Below are positions 50,208 to 59,386 of a DNA stretch of 64,000 nucleotides, in pieces. This stretch comes from Candidatus Eiseniibacteriota bacterium (GTDB lineage Bacteria; Eisenbacteria; RBG-16-71-46; CAVPCR01). Location of the stretch: assembly GCA_963702435.1 (NCBI GenBank), contig CAVPCR010000001.1:96001-160000 (forward strand). Direction: 5' to 3'. Positions within the stretch are counted from its first letter, which is position 1. Each line of letters starts with the position of its first letter. The notes under the pieces were generated by a model, which saw only the letters and a program-made list of their open reading frames with translations, did no database searches and had not been told where the DNA came from. The position numbers were made by a program, and so were the translations under genes.

Positions 50208-50387
50208 GGCGGGCAGGAGGCGGACAGGGGCCGGAGAGCTCCGCCCGACCCGGTGTGGTTCCAAGAGGTTTCGTCCGCACCGCCCGCTGGGGCGGAGCGG
50301 AAGAGCGCCGGCGGTGTGTCAGGCGGCGCACCGCCGGCGCGAACCCAAGATGGGCACCTGGCGCGTCCCGCTGTGGGCCAGTACCTT

Positions 50388-50562
50388 TGTGTCAACGGTC
50401 ATGCCGTACACTCTGCACAGGAGGACAGCCATGGCCCAGCCCGACGACGTGGACAGGATGCTGATGAGCTGCTCAGAGACAAGAAGCCCGAAGAGACTCT
50501 CGGCCAGGGAGGCTTGCTCAAGGAGCTGACCCGACGATTGGTGGAGCGAGCCCTTCAGGGCG
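50388..50562 (+). mobile_element. IS256-family left-end remnant
   Basis: GGAGG RBS and ATG 50431; DELLRDKKPEETLGQGGLLKELTRRLVERALQG resembles the IS256 transposase N-terminus, then truncated. Confidence 0.7.
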
Positions 50563-50588
50563 ATGCCGCCCATCCCGAGCACGGTCAT
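50560..50588 (-). pseudogene. 5' stub of a cassette gene (VOC/glyoxalase-like start)
   Basis: GAAGGAGAGGAG RBS then MTVLGMGGI right after an attC R' site; abuts the IS256 remnant. Confidence 0.4.
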
Positions 50589-50602
50589 CTCCTCTCCTTC
50601 GC

Positions 50603-50691
50603 ATCTAACACCACGATTCTAACCACGCCGCGGCCAGATAACCGTGACTTCGGAAACCGCGCGGCCCGCAGCTTCGATTGGTTTGTTACGT
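50603..50691 (-). other. attC site (89 bp)
   Basis: R'' ACGTAAC, AAACC, L'' AATCGAAG, inner stem GCTGCGGGCC/GGCCGCGGC, CGTGGT, R' GTTAGAT followed by RBS and ATG. Confidence 0.65.
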
Positions 50692-50722
50692 CGCAAGCCA
50701 TGCTCCCGCATCGCCTAACTAA

Positions 50723-51227
50723 CTAGAGATACTTGTCCAACAGCTTGGCGAGAACGAGAGCGCCGTGCCCGAGGATCATTGCCGTCAGCAGCGAGAGAAG
50801 GTTGCCAAAGACATATGCATGGAATAGTACAATTACATGTCGGCTCGTCGCGGCCTTCTCGTCGTCTTGCAGACTCCCTGAAGCCAGGATGATCTCAGGC
50901 GTGCGGATCCAGCCGAAAAACGCCTTGAGAATCACAACGGCCGTTAGCAGCGTGAACTGCAAAGTCATGAAGGAAGTAGATGAAAAGCACTCGTTCAAGT
51001 CGCCCGATTAGGCCGCCGTAGTCGAGGCCAAGCTGCTCTCGCAACTCGTGGCGGCGTTTCTGGATTTCATTAGGCGCGACATTGCCGGGCTGGGGCTGGG
51101 CCTTTGCGAAGAACGACTCGTAGAACCACCCGATGACGCGCTCGCACGCGAGGACGGATAGTAGATTCGCCGCGATGAATGCCAGCATCCATGGCAAGCT
51201 TACCCCGATGTCTTCGAGATAGGTCAA
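50723..51227 (-). CDS. Small multi-TM cassette protein (DUF3307-like motifs); one indel near 50972
   Basis: GGLIGRLERVLFI and HAYVFGNLLSL motifs in adjacent frames. Confidence 0.6.
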
Positions 51228-52227
51228 CGTCTACCTCCAACGACAGGTGTCAGGTGTCAATGGGCGCCGAGTTTCACGAGGTTAGCGGAAACGGACATTT
51301 GCGTGTAGCTGATAGAGAGATCTCCGGACGGTTCGGCTACTCTCCGCCGACCACGAAAGGAGGTCTCCGATGCCCGATTTTAGAGCGAAGCTGAGCAGCG
51401 GCAAAAAATCAGGACTGTGCTTCGCGTTCTCAAGTACTTTGAGGAAGTGACACGAAACGTCTCCAGGACGTGCCGCTTCTTCTGCGTCTCCCGGACCCAG
51501 TTCTACGTTTGGAGGAAGCGCTTCCAGGAGCAGCGACTCCCCGGCCTTCGCGACAACCCACCGGGGCCTCGGGTGAGCCCCTTTCGAACCCCGCCGGAGA
51601 TCGAGGCGGTGGTGCTGAGCGAGGAGCAGATGCAACTCCTGGAGCGGCACAGCTGCGAGTTCCGCTGTCGCCACGTCGAGGCTTCGCGCCCAGGAGAGCT
51701 CCTCAATCAGGACACGTTCTACTGGGGCACGCTCAAGGATGTGGGCAAGGTCTACGTCCAGGTCGTGGTCGATGTCTTCTGCTCACTCGCCTTCGCCAAG
51801 GTCTACACCTCGAAGATGCCGGTGACCGCCTGTGATCTGCTCCATGACCGAGTGCTGCCCTTCTATGCGGAGCTCGGAGTGCCGGTCGGTGCCATCCTCA
51901 CCGACAACGGGCGTGAGTTCTGCGGCCGGCCGGAAACGCATCCCTACGAGCTCTTGCTGGCGATGGAGGGAGTGGACCATCGAACGACTCGGGTCCGCAC
52001 GCCGCGCACCAACGGCTTCGTCGAACGAATGAACCGGACAATGCTCGATGAGTGCTTCCGCGTCGCCGGGCGAACCACCTGGTATCTGGAGCCGGAGGAG
52101 ATCCAGCGTGTAGAGCGACAGGCCAAGCTCGGGCTAAGGCGACACCCAGATTCGCGCACCTGACCTCCTGAGAGAAGGGCAGGGCTGGTAAGACTCTCCC
52201 CACCCATGGCGGGGGGAGGACCAGCCC

Positions 52228-53484
52228 GTGAAGCTCGACCAGGAGGCACGGATGACGATCAGATGCCTGGCCGCGCGCGGCCAGAGTCAGCGTGAGATCG
52301 CGCGCATTCTTGGGGTCGGAGAGAGCACGGTGCGCTACCACCTCCAGCGCTTCGCCAAGGGGGCCACCGACGGCCGCGCTCGGCAGCCGCATCGGGCCGC
52401 GCGATGGTCGGAGGCGATTGAGGAGTACCTGGCCTCGCTGAAGGCGGGACCGGTGAACCTGGCGGCGCTTTATGACTGGCTGATCGAGGAGCACAAGTAC
52501 CCGGGGAGCCTGCGCAGCATCGAGCGGTTCTACCGGGCGCATTACCCGCGGCCGAAGCGGCGCGCCCGCCGGCGGGTGGAGACACCGCCAGGAGCGCAGG
52601 CGCAGGCGGACTGGGCAGAGTGGCCGGGGATGCGGATCGGTAGCCGCGAGGTCTACGCCTATCAGTTCCATCTGCGGTTGAGCTTCAGTCGGTTCGGGGC
52701 GCGAGTGTGGTCGCCGCGGAAGGACCAGCTCGCGTGGCACGCTGTACACAACGACGCGTTCCGCCGTCTCCAAGGGATCCCGGCGACGGTGCGGATCGAC
52801 AACGAGCGAACGGCGGTGGTGCGCGGTGCTGGGTGCTGGGGCGAGCTCAACCCGAGCTACCGACGCTACGCTCGTGCCGTGCGCTTCCACATCGACGCAT
52901 GTGCTCCGGGGAGCCCGGAAGCCAAGGGCAAGGTTGAGCGCGGGATCCGCAGCGAGCGCCAGCGGCTCGAGCTCCGCCGGCGCGACTGGGAGAGTTGGGA
53001 CGAGCTGCAGGCGTGGACCGACATGCGGATGCATGAAGAGGCAGCGCGCCGGATCTGTCCCGCGACCGGAACAACGGTGCTCGAGGCGTGGGAAGAGGAG
53101 AAGCCGGCGCTGGCCCCGGTGCCGCTGTTGCCCGAGCCGTTCGACGTGGCGATGGTGCGGCGTGTGGCGCCGGACTGCACGGTGCCGCTTGATGGCCGGC
53201 GGTACTCGGTGCCGTTCGCGTACTTCGATCAGCGGGTCGAGGTGCGCGGCTGTGCCCGGGTGGTGCAGGTCTGCGCCGAGGGCCGGGTGATCGCCGAGCA
53301 TCCCCGGCACGGTCGCGAGCGGATCGTCATCGATCCGCGACACTACGAGGGCGAAGCGACGGATACGATCTCGCCGCCGCTGCCGCTGGGGAAGATGGGC
53401 CGCCGGCTGGCGGAGATCGCGGCGCTGCCGCCTCAGCAGCGGCCCCTTGATCTCTATGCCGCCTTGGCGGAGGTGGCGCGATGA
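52228..53484 (+). CDS. istA: IS21 transposase
   Basis: ETPPGAQAQADW, RIDN, AKGKVER. Confidence 0.95.
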   Translation: MKLDQEARMTIRCLAARGQSQREIARILGVGESTVRYHLQRFAKGATDGRARQPHRAARWSEAIEEYLASLKAGPVNLAALYDWLIEEHKYPGSLRSIERFYRAHYPRPKRRARRRVETPPGAQAQADWAEWPGMRIGSREVYAYQFHLRLSFSRFGARVWSPRKDQLAWHAVHNDAFRRLQGIPATVRIDNERTAVVRGAGCWGELNPSYRRYARAVRFHIDACAPGSPEAKGKVERGIRSERQRLELRRRDWESWDELQAWTDMRMHEEAARRICPATGTTVLEAWEEEKPALAPVPLLPEPFDVAMVRRVAPDCTVPLDGRRYSVPFAYFDQRVEVRGCARVVQVCAEGRVIAEHPRHGRERIVIDPRHYEGEATDTISPPLPLGKMGRRLAEIAALPPQQRPLDLYAALAEVAR

Positions 53485-54263
53485 GTACCAAGGCCCCGGC
53501 CCCCAAGATCGATCTCGATCTCACCCGCGAGCGGCTCGATCGGGTTGGCCTCGCCCGCGCCGCCACGCAGCTCGACGGCCTGGTCACCACCGCGGTCAAG
53601 GATGCAGTCTCGCCGCATCGCTTCCTCGATCTCTTGCTCGAGGAGGAGCTCACCTACCGCGAAGAACGCCGGATCCGGACCTCGCTCCAGCTGAGCGGGC
53701 TGCCGACCGGGCAAACGCTCGCCAGCTTCGACTTCAGCTTCCAGCCCTCGATCGAACGGAGCCGGATCGAAACGCTCGGCACCTGCCAGTGGGTCCGCGA
53801 GAACCGCACCTTGCTGATCCAGGGCCCGCCGGGGACCGGGAAGACGCACCTGGCGGTGGCGCTCGGGGTGCGCGCGGTCGAGTGCGGGTTCGGCGTCGTG
53901 TTCTACCGGCTCGAGGAGCTCCTTGCTGCGCTGCGGCGGGATGCGGACCTCACGGCGGCGCGGTTGCGCCGCAAGAAGTACCTCTCAAGCTCGCTCCTCA
54001 TCATCGACGAAGTCGGCTTCGAGCCGATGACCCGGCAGGAGGCGAGTCTGTTCTTCCGGCTGGTGAGCCATCGCTACCAGCGCGGGAGCATCCTCATCAC
54101 AACGAACAAGGGGATCAAGGACTGGCCGGAGATCCTCGCCGGCGACGAGGTGCTCGCGACCGCGATCCTCGACCGCTTGTTACACAACAGTCATGTGCTC
54201 GACGTGAAGGGCCGCAGCTACCGGCTGCGGGACCTCGAGCGGGCCGTCACTCGGTCGGCCTGA
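53481..54263 (+). CDS. istB: IS21 helper AAA+ ATPase
   Basis: FDFSFQP, GPPGTGKTHLA, LLIIDEVGF, AILDRLLH, GRSYRL. Confidence 0.97.
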   Translation: MSTKAPAPKIDLDLTRERLDRVGLARAATQLDGLVTTAVKDAVSPHRFLDLLLEEELTYREERRIRTSLQLSGLPTGQTLASFDFSFQPSIERSRIETLGTCQWVRENRTLLIQGPPGTGKTHLAVALGVRAVECGFGVVFYRLEELLAALRRDADLTAARLRRKKYLSSSLLIIDEVGFEPMTRQEASLFFRLVSHRYQRGSILITTNKGIKDWPEILAGDEVLATAILDRLLHNSHVLDVKGRSYRLRDLERAVTRSA

Positions 54264-55319
54264 GCTGGAGCGAACCTGGGTGTCGGTCCGGGGCGGGAGT
54301 AGGAGCAGAACACGTTACGCAGCATTCAGTTCCCGGAGGGACAGGTGCGCGAAAGTAGGTGTCGCCTTAATGCGCGAAACTGGGTGTCGCTTGACACCAG
54401 CGCGACCTGGATCGCTTCCTCGCGTTCTACAACCTCGAGCGGAGCCACCAGGGTTACCGGCTGAAGGGCAGGACCCCGGCCCAGGCCCTACGTGAGGCGC
54501 TGCAGCTCGAAGACCTGCCGGCGATCGTGCCGGCCGAGTCCGAGGAGACCATGGAAGAGGCTGCCAGTCCGGCGGCCTAGCAAGTCAAGCTGGAGGACCG
54601 GTGTCGGGGAAACTCGGTTCTTGTACACTCCGCGTACGCCAGGAGCGGCAGTGCGGAGCGGTTCGCATTGCCCTCTTCCTGCGCCGCTACCACCAGATCT
54701 ACCTCTTCCTCCCGACGATTCTCCGCATCCTTCGCGAGCACAGGATGCCGCCCATCTCGCAGAAGCGCTACCGCCCAGACCCCAAACGGCGCCGGGAGTT
54801 CGCTCTCCCAGGTCAGTCGGTCCAGGTCGACGTGAAGCACGTCAAACTCCAATCTGGACGCCTCTACCAGTTCACCGCGATTGATGAGGCAACCCGCTAC
54901 CGCGTTCTCAAGATCTACGATCACAACTCAGTCTGCTCCGCCATCGACTTCGTCGACGAGGTGCGCTCCCGTCTACCGGTCGCCATCCAGCGGATCAAGA
55001 CCGATCACGGCTCAGAATTCGGCACCGACTTCACCTGGCATCTCCATGACCTGGGGATCAAACACCACCACATTCCCAAGGGCTGCCCTCAAAGCAACGG
55101 GAAGGTCGAGCGCAGCCATCGGACCGACGAAGATGAGTTCTACCGCCGTCACACGTTCCAGACACCAAAGAACCTGCGGTCACTCCTTCGAGAATGGGAG
55201 CATGAGTACAACCACCTCCGTCCGCACCTGGCTCTCAAGGGCTCAACGCCTGCCGAGCGCCATTGCGAGTTCCGAATCGACCAGGCCGAGATCGTCAGCA
55301 AATCGGCTTGACTAGAACA

Positions 55320-55400
55320 GTCAGGCCACACCGGGCGCTTCGCCTTAGCCTCGCCCGAAGCGAAGCGGAACCGGCGTATATACCCAGGCGGTTGTTGGCC
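55320..55400 (-). other. attC-like site, 5' part; 3' part at 51235-51254 beyond the IS481 nest
   Basis: R'' GGCCAAC 5 bp after the ACP stop; stems ACGCCGG/CCGGTGT and CGCTTCGCTT/AAGGCGAAGCG; removing the IS nest restores ...CCTGACACCTGTC-GTTGGAG; L boxes pair poorly. Confidence 0.5.
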
Positions 55401-55405
55401 CCATA

Positions 55406-55666
55406 TCAAGGATTTATTCCCCCTTCATGCAGGTAGTCAACGACATTGCCGACCGTCGTCATCTTCTCCGCCACTTCGTCCGGGACCTCGATTTCAAACG
55501 CCTCCTCAAGAGCCATGACCAGCTCGACTTGGTCAAGGGAATCGGCGCCGAGGTCGTCAATGATGCTCGCTTCGCTATCAACCATGTCAATCTTGACAGC
55601 CAATTGCTCTGCGACCAGCTCCTGGACCCTCTCGAAAAGTGCCTGCCATCTCTTGTCGCGTGTCAT
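55406..55666 (-). CDS. acpP: Acyl carrier protein (cassette-borne copy)
   Basis: [35 protein letters not shown] with intact Ppant Ser; GAGGAG RBS; ATGA overlap with the upstream gene. Confidence 0.93.
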   Translation of the reverse strand: MTRDKRWQALFERVQELVAEQLAVKIDMVDSEASIIDDLGADSLDQVELVMALEEAFEIEVPDEVAEKMTTVGNVVDYLHEGGINP

Positions 55667-57779
55667 TCCCTGCTCTCCTCTGCGCTTACGGCGAGTTTCT
55701 CCGCCCGTCCGACGTTCAGAAACGCTATGTCATAGAGATCAAACACTCGAAACACCTGTTCTCGTGAGAGGTCTTTCAGGCGATCTGTCGCTTCCTCGTA
55801 GCTGAGAAAAGCGAACTCCTCTAGCCGCTTGTAGCCACGATAACTCTTCGCAACTTCGAACGCCTTGAAGAAATAAACCTCCCGAATAAGCGGAAGCAGA
55901 GATTGGGTCGCTGCGTCGGCGGCAATCGCAGACCGGATGAACTGGTGTCGCCGCTCCGGCGTTCTGTGGCACCTGGCTGACCAGGTGTCTGCAAATTTGA
56001 ATAGCTGGCTCTTCCATGCGGGCGACAAGTGCGCCGTATTTCTCATTCCGTACAACGTCATTCCTGGAGGCCGTTATGTCTATTCGGTCTTCATTGCGCA
56101 AGTTGACAACTCCGCCGATGTTGCCAAGTCGACACCATTTGGGTAGCAAATCGAGATAGCGAACCTTGATCCCATTCATTAGGAGAAGTATGCCAGCATC
56201 GCCACGATCATCACCTGTCACGTCACTTTTCCTGCCCTCCTTGCCCAATGGGAATCGCCACAGATAGCCATATGACGAGCCAAAGGAAATCGGGTATTCC
56301 TCAGCCCTGTCATATTCGTGGTGCCCGAATGCAACCATATCTGCTTTTGCGAATGGTCGGTCCCCCAGTTCCTCATGAGCGCCCGATGGATAGTAGTACG
56401 CGATCGGTAAGTCGGTATGCCGGAACACGTCTCGGACATAGCGGATCACATCTTCAAGAGCTTGGTTCAATTCAACGACAACCTCGGTCCCCTGAAATGT
56501 CTCCTTTCTCTCCTCCACGTGAACGTAATCCCGGCAATCACGAATCGTCAGGTAGTACGTCGTCCCGTCGCCAGGTGACGTCTTGATTCGCACCACTGTA
56601 GCAACCATGAAGCATGAAAAGATGCCGATGCCAAAACGGCTAATCGGGAAATAGTGAAGGAGTTCTCTTTCCTCGGCGAACTTTTCTGAGGAGTAGAACG
56701 ACAAGCAAATGCGAACCAGGTATTTTTCAATGATGCTCATGTCCATCCCGGTTCCATTGTCCTGAACTGTGACAGTAGCACAATCATACTTCACAGAGAT
56801 AGTGGGTACATAGGTAGGCTGTCGGCATTTGCGAAGCAGGCACGCATCTATGGCATTTTGTACAAGCTCCCGGATAAAGGTGCGATTATCGTGATACAGA
56901 ATATCACCTACGATCATCGGCCAGAGGCTATTCTCGTCGATGGTGAACTTCAGATCCTTGTCGATGTATCCATCAGCTGCGATCTCAAACGAACATTGCG
57001 TGTACTGGATTCGAGGGTCGAGGTGCGTCGTAATCAGTGCCAGGAGCTTGTTGATCTTAGTTTCGAGATGTTTCAGACGGCGGTGAACATCCTTGTCGTT
57101 GCAACAGCACTCCACAAGAATGGTCTGTCTCAAATGCGGATGCCTGATGACACCTCCTATGGAGTAGTGTGTCTGCCATTCCCTCTTGCTGCTGGCATTC
57201 TGTGACAAACTCAGCAAGTCGTCGATCTGCGCGCTCCTTCGGGAGGTCCAGTTCGTCAGCAAGTCTGATGCATGCTGTGCAGAATCCCACATTCACGCTT
57301 TCCGTTCCATAGGCCCTGGACCCCACGAAGTACCTCGCGTCCAGCAAACCGGTGTGATGCTCAATGATTTCGGCGATCACACGGGCTTGGAACTCGTTCT
57401 CAAGACCGAAGTCTCGCCATCGGGCCCTGACGATTCTCGCACCTCGATGCCCGTGAGTGCGACGGATCTCTCCTGGCGACAGGATCGTTCCAGCAGCTGG
57501 CCGCAGTTCGGGAAAGTCGACCATCCCGATGTCATGAAGGTGCGCAGACGCAAACAAGAAGAAGGCAGTCCACGGGTTCTTCTGCAGAAACTGTCGATTC
57601 TCGGCGTCCAGAATCGTCGCGTGAAGTATGTCCAGAATCCTCTTGGAGTGTAGCCTCCCGTGATCGGTGAATTCGGGGAAAGTGACAAGTATCCGGTCGA
57701 GAAATGCGCCGCAGGCGGATTCGACGTTTTCAAGGAGGCGAGTCTGTTCTCTTGGTAGGCTCAGTTGCTCTCCGTTCAT
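55663..57779 (-). CDS. HD-domain (HD-CE-like) + HSP90/GHKL ATPase protein, about 700 aa; two apparent indels (~57210, ~55960)
   Basis: [32 protein letters not shown], then [49 protein letters not shown]. Confidence 0.85.
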
Positions 57780-57796
57780 TTGATCATCCTCTCCTC

Positions 57797-57893
57797 CGCC
57801 AATGCCCGCGATCACCCCAGGACTGCGTGCCGCGACGCACGCGGAAGCACGCGGCGTGACGTACAGACCGGCAGGTAAGTCGCATGGTCAGCC
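57797..57893 (-). other. Degenerate attC site (97 bp)
   Basis: GGCTGAC, CATGC, GACTTACC ... CGTCACGCCGCGTGC-TTCC-GCGTGCGTCGCGGCACG ... GGTGATC, GCGGGC, ATTGGCG, then RBS and ATG of the HD gene; both cores have one mismatch in the invariant triplet. Confidence 0.55.
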
Positions 57894-58029
57894 AGCGGTC
57901 TCCGCTACAGGTGAAGTGTGCAGCAGATCACCCGGGCTGATCCCCTCTAGGTCAGCCCAACGCTCCGGCAGAGCAGCGGCCAGCGCCAGGTTCAAACGTT
58001 GGCCCGTTCGAGCTCGCGCTGCGCCGGCT

Positions 58030-58150
58030 GACTGCTTCTGCATACCGTGGCGTTTGCCCAAGGCCATAGCGAGGTCCTCTCATGGCCAGGTCCTTATACT
58101 ATAAGTCTTTGCGGTGTCACGCAGGCAGTTGCGGCCTTTTCAACGGGCTG
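58030..58150 (-). mobile_element. IS5/IS1182-like left-end remnant inserted at an attC R'' site
   Basis: CAGCCCGTTGAAAA end directly after GGATAA; GAGG RBS then MALGKRHGMQKQ transposase-like start, truncated. Confidence 0.45.
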
Positions 58151-59353
58151 TTATCCAGCGTCGTCCCCGGAACGGGCCTTTCCCCAATGCTGGAAGTAGT
58201 AAGCCCAGTTCTTATGAGTCGCCTGGTACACCCGCTCGAACATGGCCTTCGTCCCAAGGGAGACAGCCGTTCCTCCGATTCCGCCGATCACAGCGCCGGC
58301 TCCACCGCCAAGCACACCCCCGAGGGTACTGAACATCCCTGACACGACAGCAACGGACACCTCGCCGAACGTGTAAGCCCTCTCTTTGAGAGCGGAAAGC
58401 GCCCGCGTATACTCGTCCTGCAGGACTGTGAGGGCTTCCGTTGCATTTTGGGCGCGTGAACAGGAGAGCTGGAGCTGACGGCGCAGTTCCTGACCACTGG
58501 GGCTCTCCCGAAGGCGGAGAACGTCTTTGCTTCTCATGGGTACGGGAATGCGCAAGAGAGATGTGAACTGCTGCAACACCCGGTATTCCGTCTTCGGCGT
58601 CCAAGATGAATCAACTCCCAATTTCCACCGCACGACCTCTTCCAGAACACCGGCCATAGTGACTGGCAAAGCCAGGTACTGCGACGTGATCAGTGCACCG
58701 TTTACGTGATTCACCAGGTGATCCGGCTCTTCGATCGCTATGTCCTCGATAAGATCCTGCGCGCGCAAACGTCGGTACAGGTCATCGCGATACCAGCCGT
58801 GTCGTTTGAAGTCTAGGGATGCAAGGACCTTCATTAGGTTCTCGCGAGCCCAGAAGAAGCCCGGGCCTCCGACAGTGCCCGCCCCAGTGCCCCGCGGAAC
58901 GGCAATATAGGCGCCGCGCCTTGCCACATGAGCATGCAAGGAGTTCTGTGGATTCTCGAGAAGGTGAAGCACGTCACCTTGGTCTAGTGGCAAGACTGCA
59001 CCGTGGTCGTAGTACTCGATGAATCGCGACGCCAGTGGGTCACCCTCGTCTATGATCTTCCACAGCTCTGGGACAACAGTAACATCGAACAACAGGACGA
59101 GAAGATCGATGGCAGTCCTCAGGTCATCCAAACGGTAGCCAGCAAAGTACCCGTTGTGGCCGTGTAGACCGGTCTGTGGCGTTGGCTTGAACTGCTGCGC
59201 CGAAAGGTAGGCCCAGAGTTCGTTGATTTCCTCGTTGGTTGCTTCACGAACAAGTTCCCGGGCCACCCCCATTTCGCAAGAAGGGCAGGACCAGAGGCTG
59301 AGAGCAGGCTGTACCCATTCGTGATCGCAGAATGTGCACACCAGCTCAGGCAT
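58151..59353 (-). CDS. Hypothetical cassette protein: N-terminal Zn ribbon, C-terminal Gly-rich hydrophobic hairpin
   Basis: CTFC-x13-CPSC; VAVVSGMFSTLGGVLGGGAGAVIGGIGGTAVSLG; AGGAG RBS; stop lies inside R'' GGATAAC, 6/7 complementary to the cassette core GTTAGCC. Confidence 0.75.
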   Translation of the reverse strand: MPELVCTFCDHEWVQPALSLWSCPSCEMGVARELVREATNEEINELWAYLSAQQFKPTPQTGLHGHNGYFAGYRLDDLRTAIDLLVLLFDVTVVPELWKIIDEGDPLASRFIEYYDHGAVLPLDQGDVLHLLENPQNSLHAHVARRGAYIAVPRGTGAGTVGGPGFFWARENLMKVLASLDFKRHGWYRDDLYRRLRAQDLIEDIAIEEPDHLVNHVNGALITSQYLALPVTMAGVLEEVVRWKLGVDSSWTPKTEYRVLQQFTSLLRIPVPMRSKDVLRLRESPSGQELRRQLQLSCSRAQNATEALTVLQDEYTRALSALKERAYTFGEVSVAVVSGMFSTLGGVLGGGAGAVIGGIGGTAVSLGTKAMFERVYQATHKNWAYYFQHWGKARSGDDAG

Positions 59354-59386
59354 GAGGCTCCTGTGTCAACTCTGTTGGTCCGGCTA

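Larger units (their letters stand above)
52109..54396 (+). mobile_element. Complete IS21-family element nested in B
   Basis: Ends TGTAGAGCGACA and TGTCGCTTGACA with internal repeats TAAGGCGACACC..TTCGCGCACCTG; 6 bp TSD CCAGCG at 52103-52108 and 54397-54402. Confidence 0.95.
51615..54627 (+). mobile_element. IS481-family element B (5'-truncated), nested in A
   Basis: QDTFYWG, LTDNGREFCG, PRTNGFVERMNRT; continues after the IS21 as EIQRDLDRFLAFYNLERSHQG to TAG 54580; right end ...GGTTCTTGTACA. Confidence 0.85.
51255..55319 (+). mobile_element. IS481-family element A (outer), interrupted
   Basis: TGT...ACA ends; 6 bp direct repeat GTCAGG at 51249-51254 and 55320-55325; HTH part ...TPPEIEAVV (to ~51614) rejoins LRVRQERQ...VQVDVK...IKTDHGSEF...NGKVERSHRT (54628-55311). 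Confidence 0.85.

Noticed and set aside
51255..51303. Separate IS21 end at TGTCAATGGGCG
   Set aside because: The GTCAGG duplication pairs this end with the IS481 right end at 55319, so it is better read as the outer IS481 left end.
55406..55666. ACP as part of a fatty-acid or polyketide cluster with the HMGS/thiolase genes
   Set aside because: Opposite strand, more than 5 kb away, different base composition, separated by IS and attC sites; no ketosynthase nearby.
57955..58006. GGCCAAC...GTTGGGC as another attC
   Set aside because: Too short and the L boxes do not pair; the better candidate is 57797-57893.
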